Assembly (NCBI GenBank): GCA_021208605.1
Contig: JAJOJK010000003.1
Location: 73,481 to 137,480, forward strand
DNA from: Candidatus Woesebacteria bacterium
GTDB lineage: Bacteria; Patescibacteriota; Microgenomatia; UBA1400; UBA1396
Direction: 5' to 3'
Length of the DNA: 64,000 nucleotides
Shown: positions 62,903 to 64,000 of the stretch, piece by piece
How the letters are laid out: every line of letters starts with the position of its first letter
Position numbering within the stretch: position 1 is the stretch's first letter
Notes under the pieces: generated by a model
What the model was told of the DNA's origin: nothing
Database searches by the model: none
The model's input: only the letters and a program-made list of their open reading frames with translations
Made by a program: the position numbers and the translations under genes

Positions 62903-64000
62903 CTAGTTAATAATCCACCAATTAAAACTCACATCCTCCGCCACCGCGCCGTCCAGATTAACCTCGAAGTAGCCTTCGTTTTCTTCAGTTTCTGGATTCT
63001 CACCGGATTTGGCACCGACGTATAAGACTTGGTTTTGGGTGGAGCTGGTTGGTGTCAGGTAAATCAGAGACTCATTGGAAATAACCGTGTTGCGGACGAA
63101 GAACTTCGTCTGGCCGGCTTTGATGGTACCGGTGCCGGTGGTGGAGTTGGTGACTATGGAAGTGGAGATTTCTTCATCGGTGGATTTGGCTTCTTCGGCG
63201 GCGATTACCAGGCGGCGGAAGCGAGAGGATCCGGTGGCGGAGAAGGCGGCGATTTCTTGGTTGTCGATACCGCGCAAGACGAACTCACTTGGGGTGATTT
63301 CTGATTGCTCTTCGTCGTTTTCGTTGACTGAAGTATTCAAGCTATTGGCGCTCGCCAGTTGGACTTCGAGGTTATTGTTTGGTAACGGCTGGAGGAGTGA
63401 GGCGAAGAGCGATTGCTCGGCGACAGTTTCACCGGCGAGTGTGGTGCGGCCGGTAATGATGACGTCGCGGTTGATCTCAACGCCGCCGTTTTCGGAGATG
63501 ACTACGGCGTCGGCCATGAGGGAAAGTCGACCGGTGCCCGTGGATTGAATGGCGAATGTATCTGGAGTAAAGGCAAGTTCGGAACCTGACAGGCTTGTAC
63601 CGTTCACCAAGAGAGCGCTGTTCAAGGAAAGGCTTTGGGCGGTGAGGATGCCGTCAATATTGACGTCCATGGCAATGTTCCAGGCGGCCGAGCTGGTGGC
63701 TGGGGTTGGCGTGGGCGAGACGGTGCCGAACGCATCGCTGGCAGAAGGTTGAGTGGCTGGAGCGGTTTCCTCAAGCAGAGAAGCGATGAGTGATTTGAGT
63801 TCATCATTTTCGGGGACAGAAACTTCCGCTGATTGCGTGGCGAGAGTGTCGCGTTCGCGGGAAACGATGTTCCGCACGCGGTCTTCCAGTCCAGAGATGC
63901 TGTCGCTAGAAATTGAGCCTTCAATACGGTTGGCGTAGAGGGTGCCAGAGATAGAGGCGTCGTTGCTGGCGAGTTGTTCGAAGCGGGCGGATTGCGCGGT
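62903..64000 (-). CDS. C-terminal part of a large surface/fibre-like protein (starts beyond the window)
   Basis: Frame open from 64000; ends GTGTIKAGQT...IYLTPTS...FEV...DVSFNWWIIN. Confidence 0.8.
   Translation of the reverse strand, partial: TAQSARFEQLASNDASISGTLYANRIEGSISSDSISGLEDRVRNIVSRERDTLATQSAEVSVPENDELKSLIASLLEETAPATQPSASDAFGTVSPTPTPATSSAAWNIAMDVNIDGILTAQSLSLNSALLVNGTSLSGSELAFTPDTFAIQSTGTGRLSLMADAVVISENGGVEINRDVIITGRTTLAGETVAEQSLFASLLQPLPNNNLEVQLASANSLNTSVNENDEEQSEITPSEFVLRGIDNQEIAAFSATGSSRFRRLVIAAEEAKSTDEEISTSIVTNSTTGTGTIKAGQTKFFVRNTVISNESLIYLTPTSSTQNQVLYVGAKSGENPETEENEGYFEVNLDGAVAEDVSFNWWIIN

Overview
Origin-of-replication region of a small bacterial chromosome with Patescibacteria (CPR) features, probably Microgenomates-type (inferred from 16S signatures, truncated ValRS, DUF4012, T2SS-G-like pilins and many orphan ORFs). 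It holds dnaA-[HNH]-oriC-dnaN, rpmH-rnpA-yidC-jag, rnhA, valS, a class A PBP, cmk, nrdR-nrdJ, mnmA, rpsA, radA, rho, obgE, four tRNAs (Ile plus three Ala isoacceptors), three pilins and surface proteins. The 16S and 23S-5S genes are unlinked; the 3.9-kb gap holds an HD protein, tRNA-Ile, a RAYT-like HUH transposase with REP-like flanks, an inverted tRNA-Ala and a Cys-rich surface protein. The main unexplained signal is a set of short-palindrome repeat families: RAYT-linked REPs, a 52-bp array in front of a stand-alone RnlA-like HEPN nuclease, three 83-84-bp cassettes with conserved arms but different palindromic cores, and an interleaved double inverted repeat. Within the multi-core elements, the core spacings are all near whole helical turns. 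Also notable are two candidate structured RNAs (upstream of dnaA; between radA and rho) and widespread leaderless promoters. About seven single-base frameshifts are probably assembly errors. All family calls come from reading motifs by eye; no searches were run.
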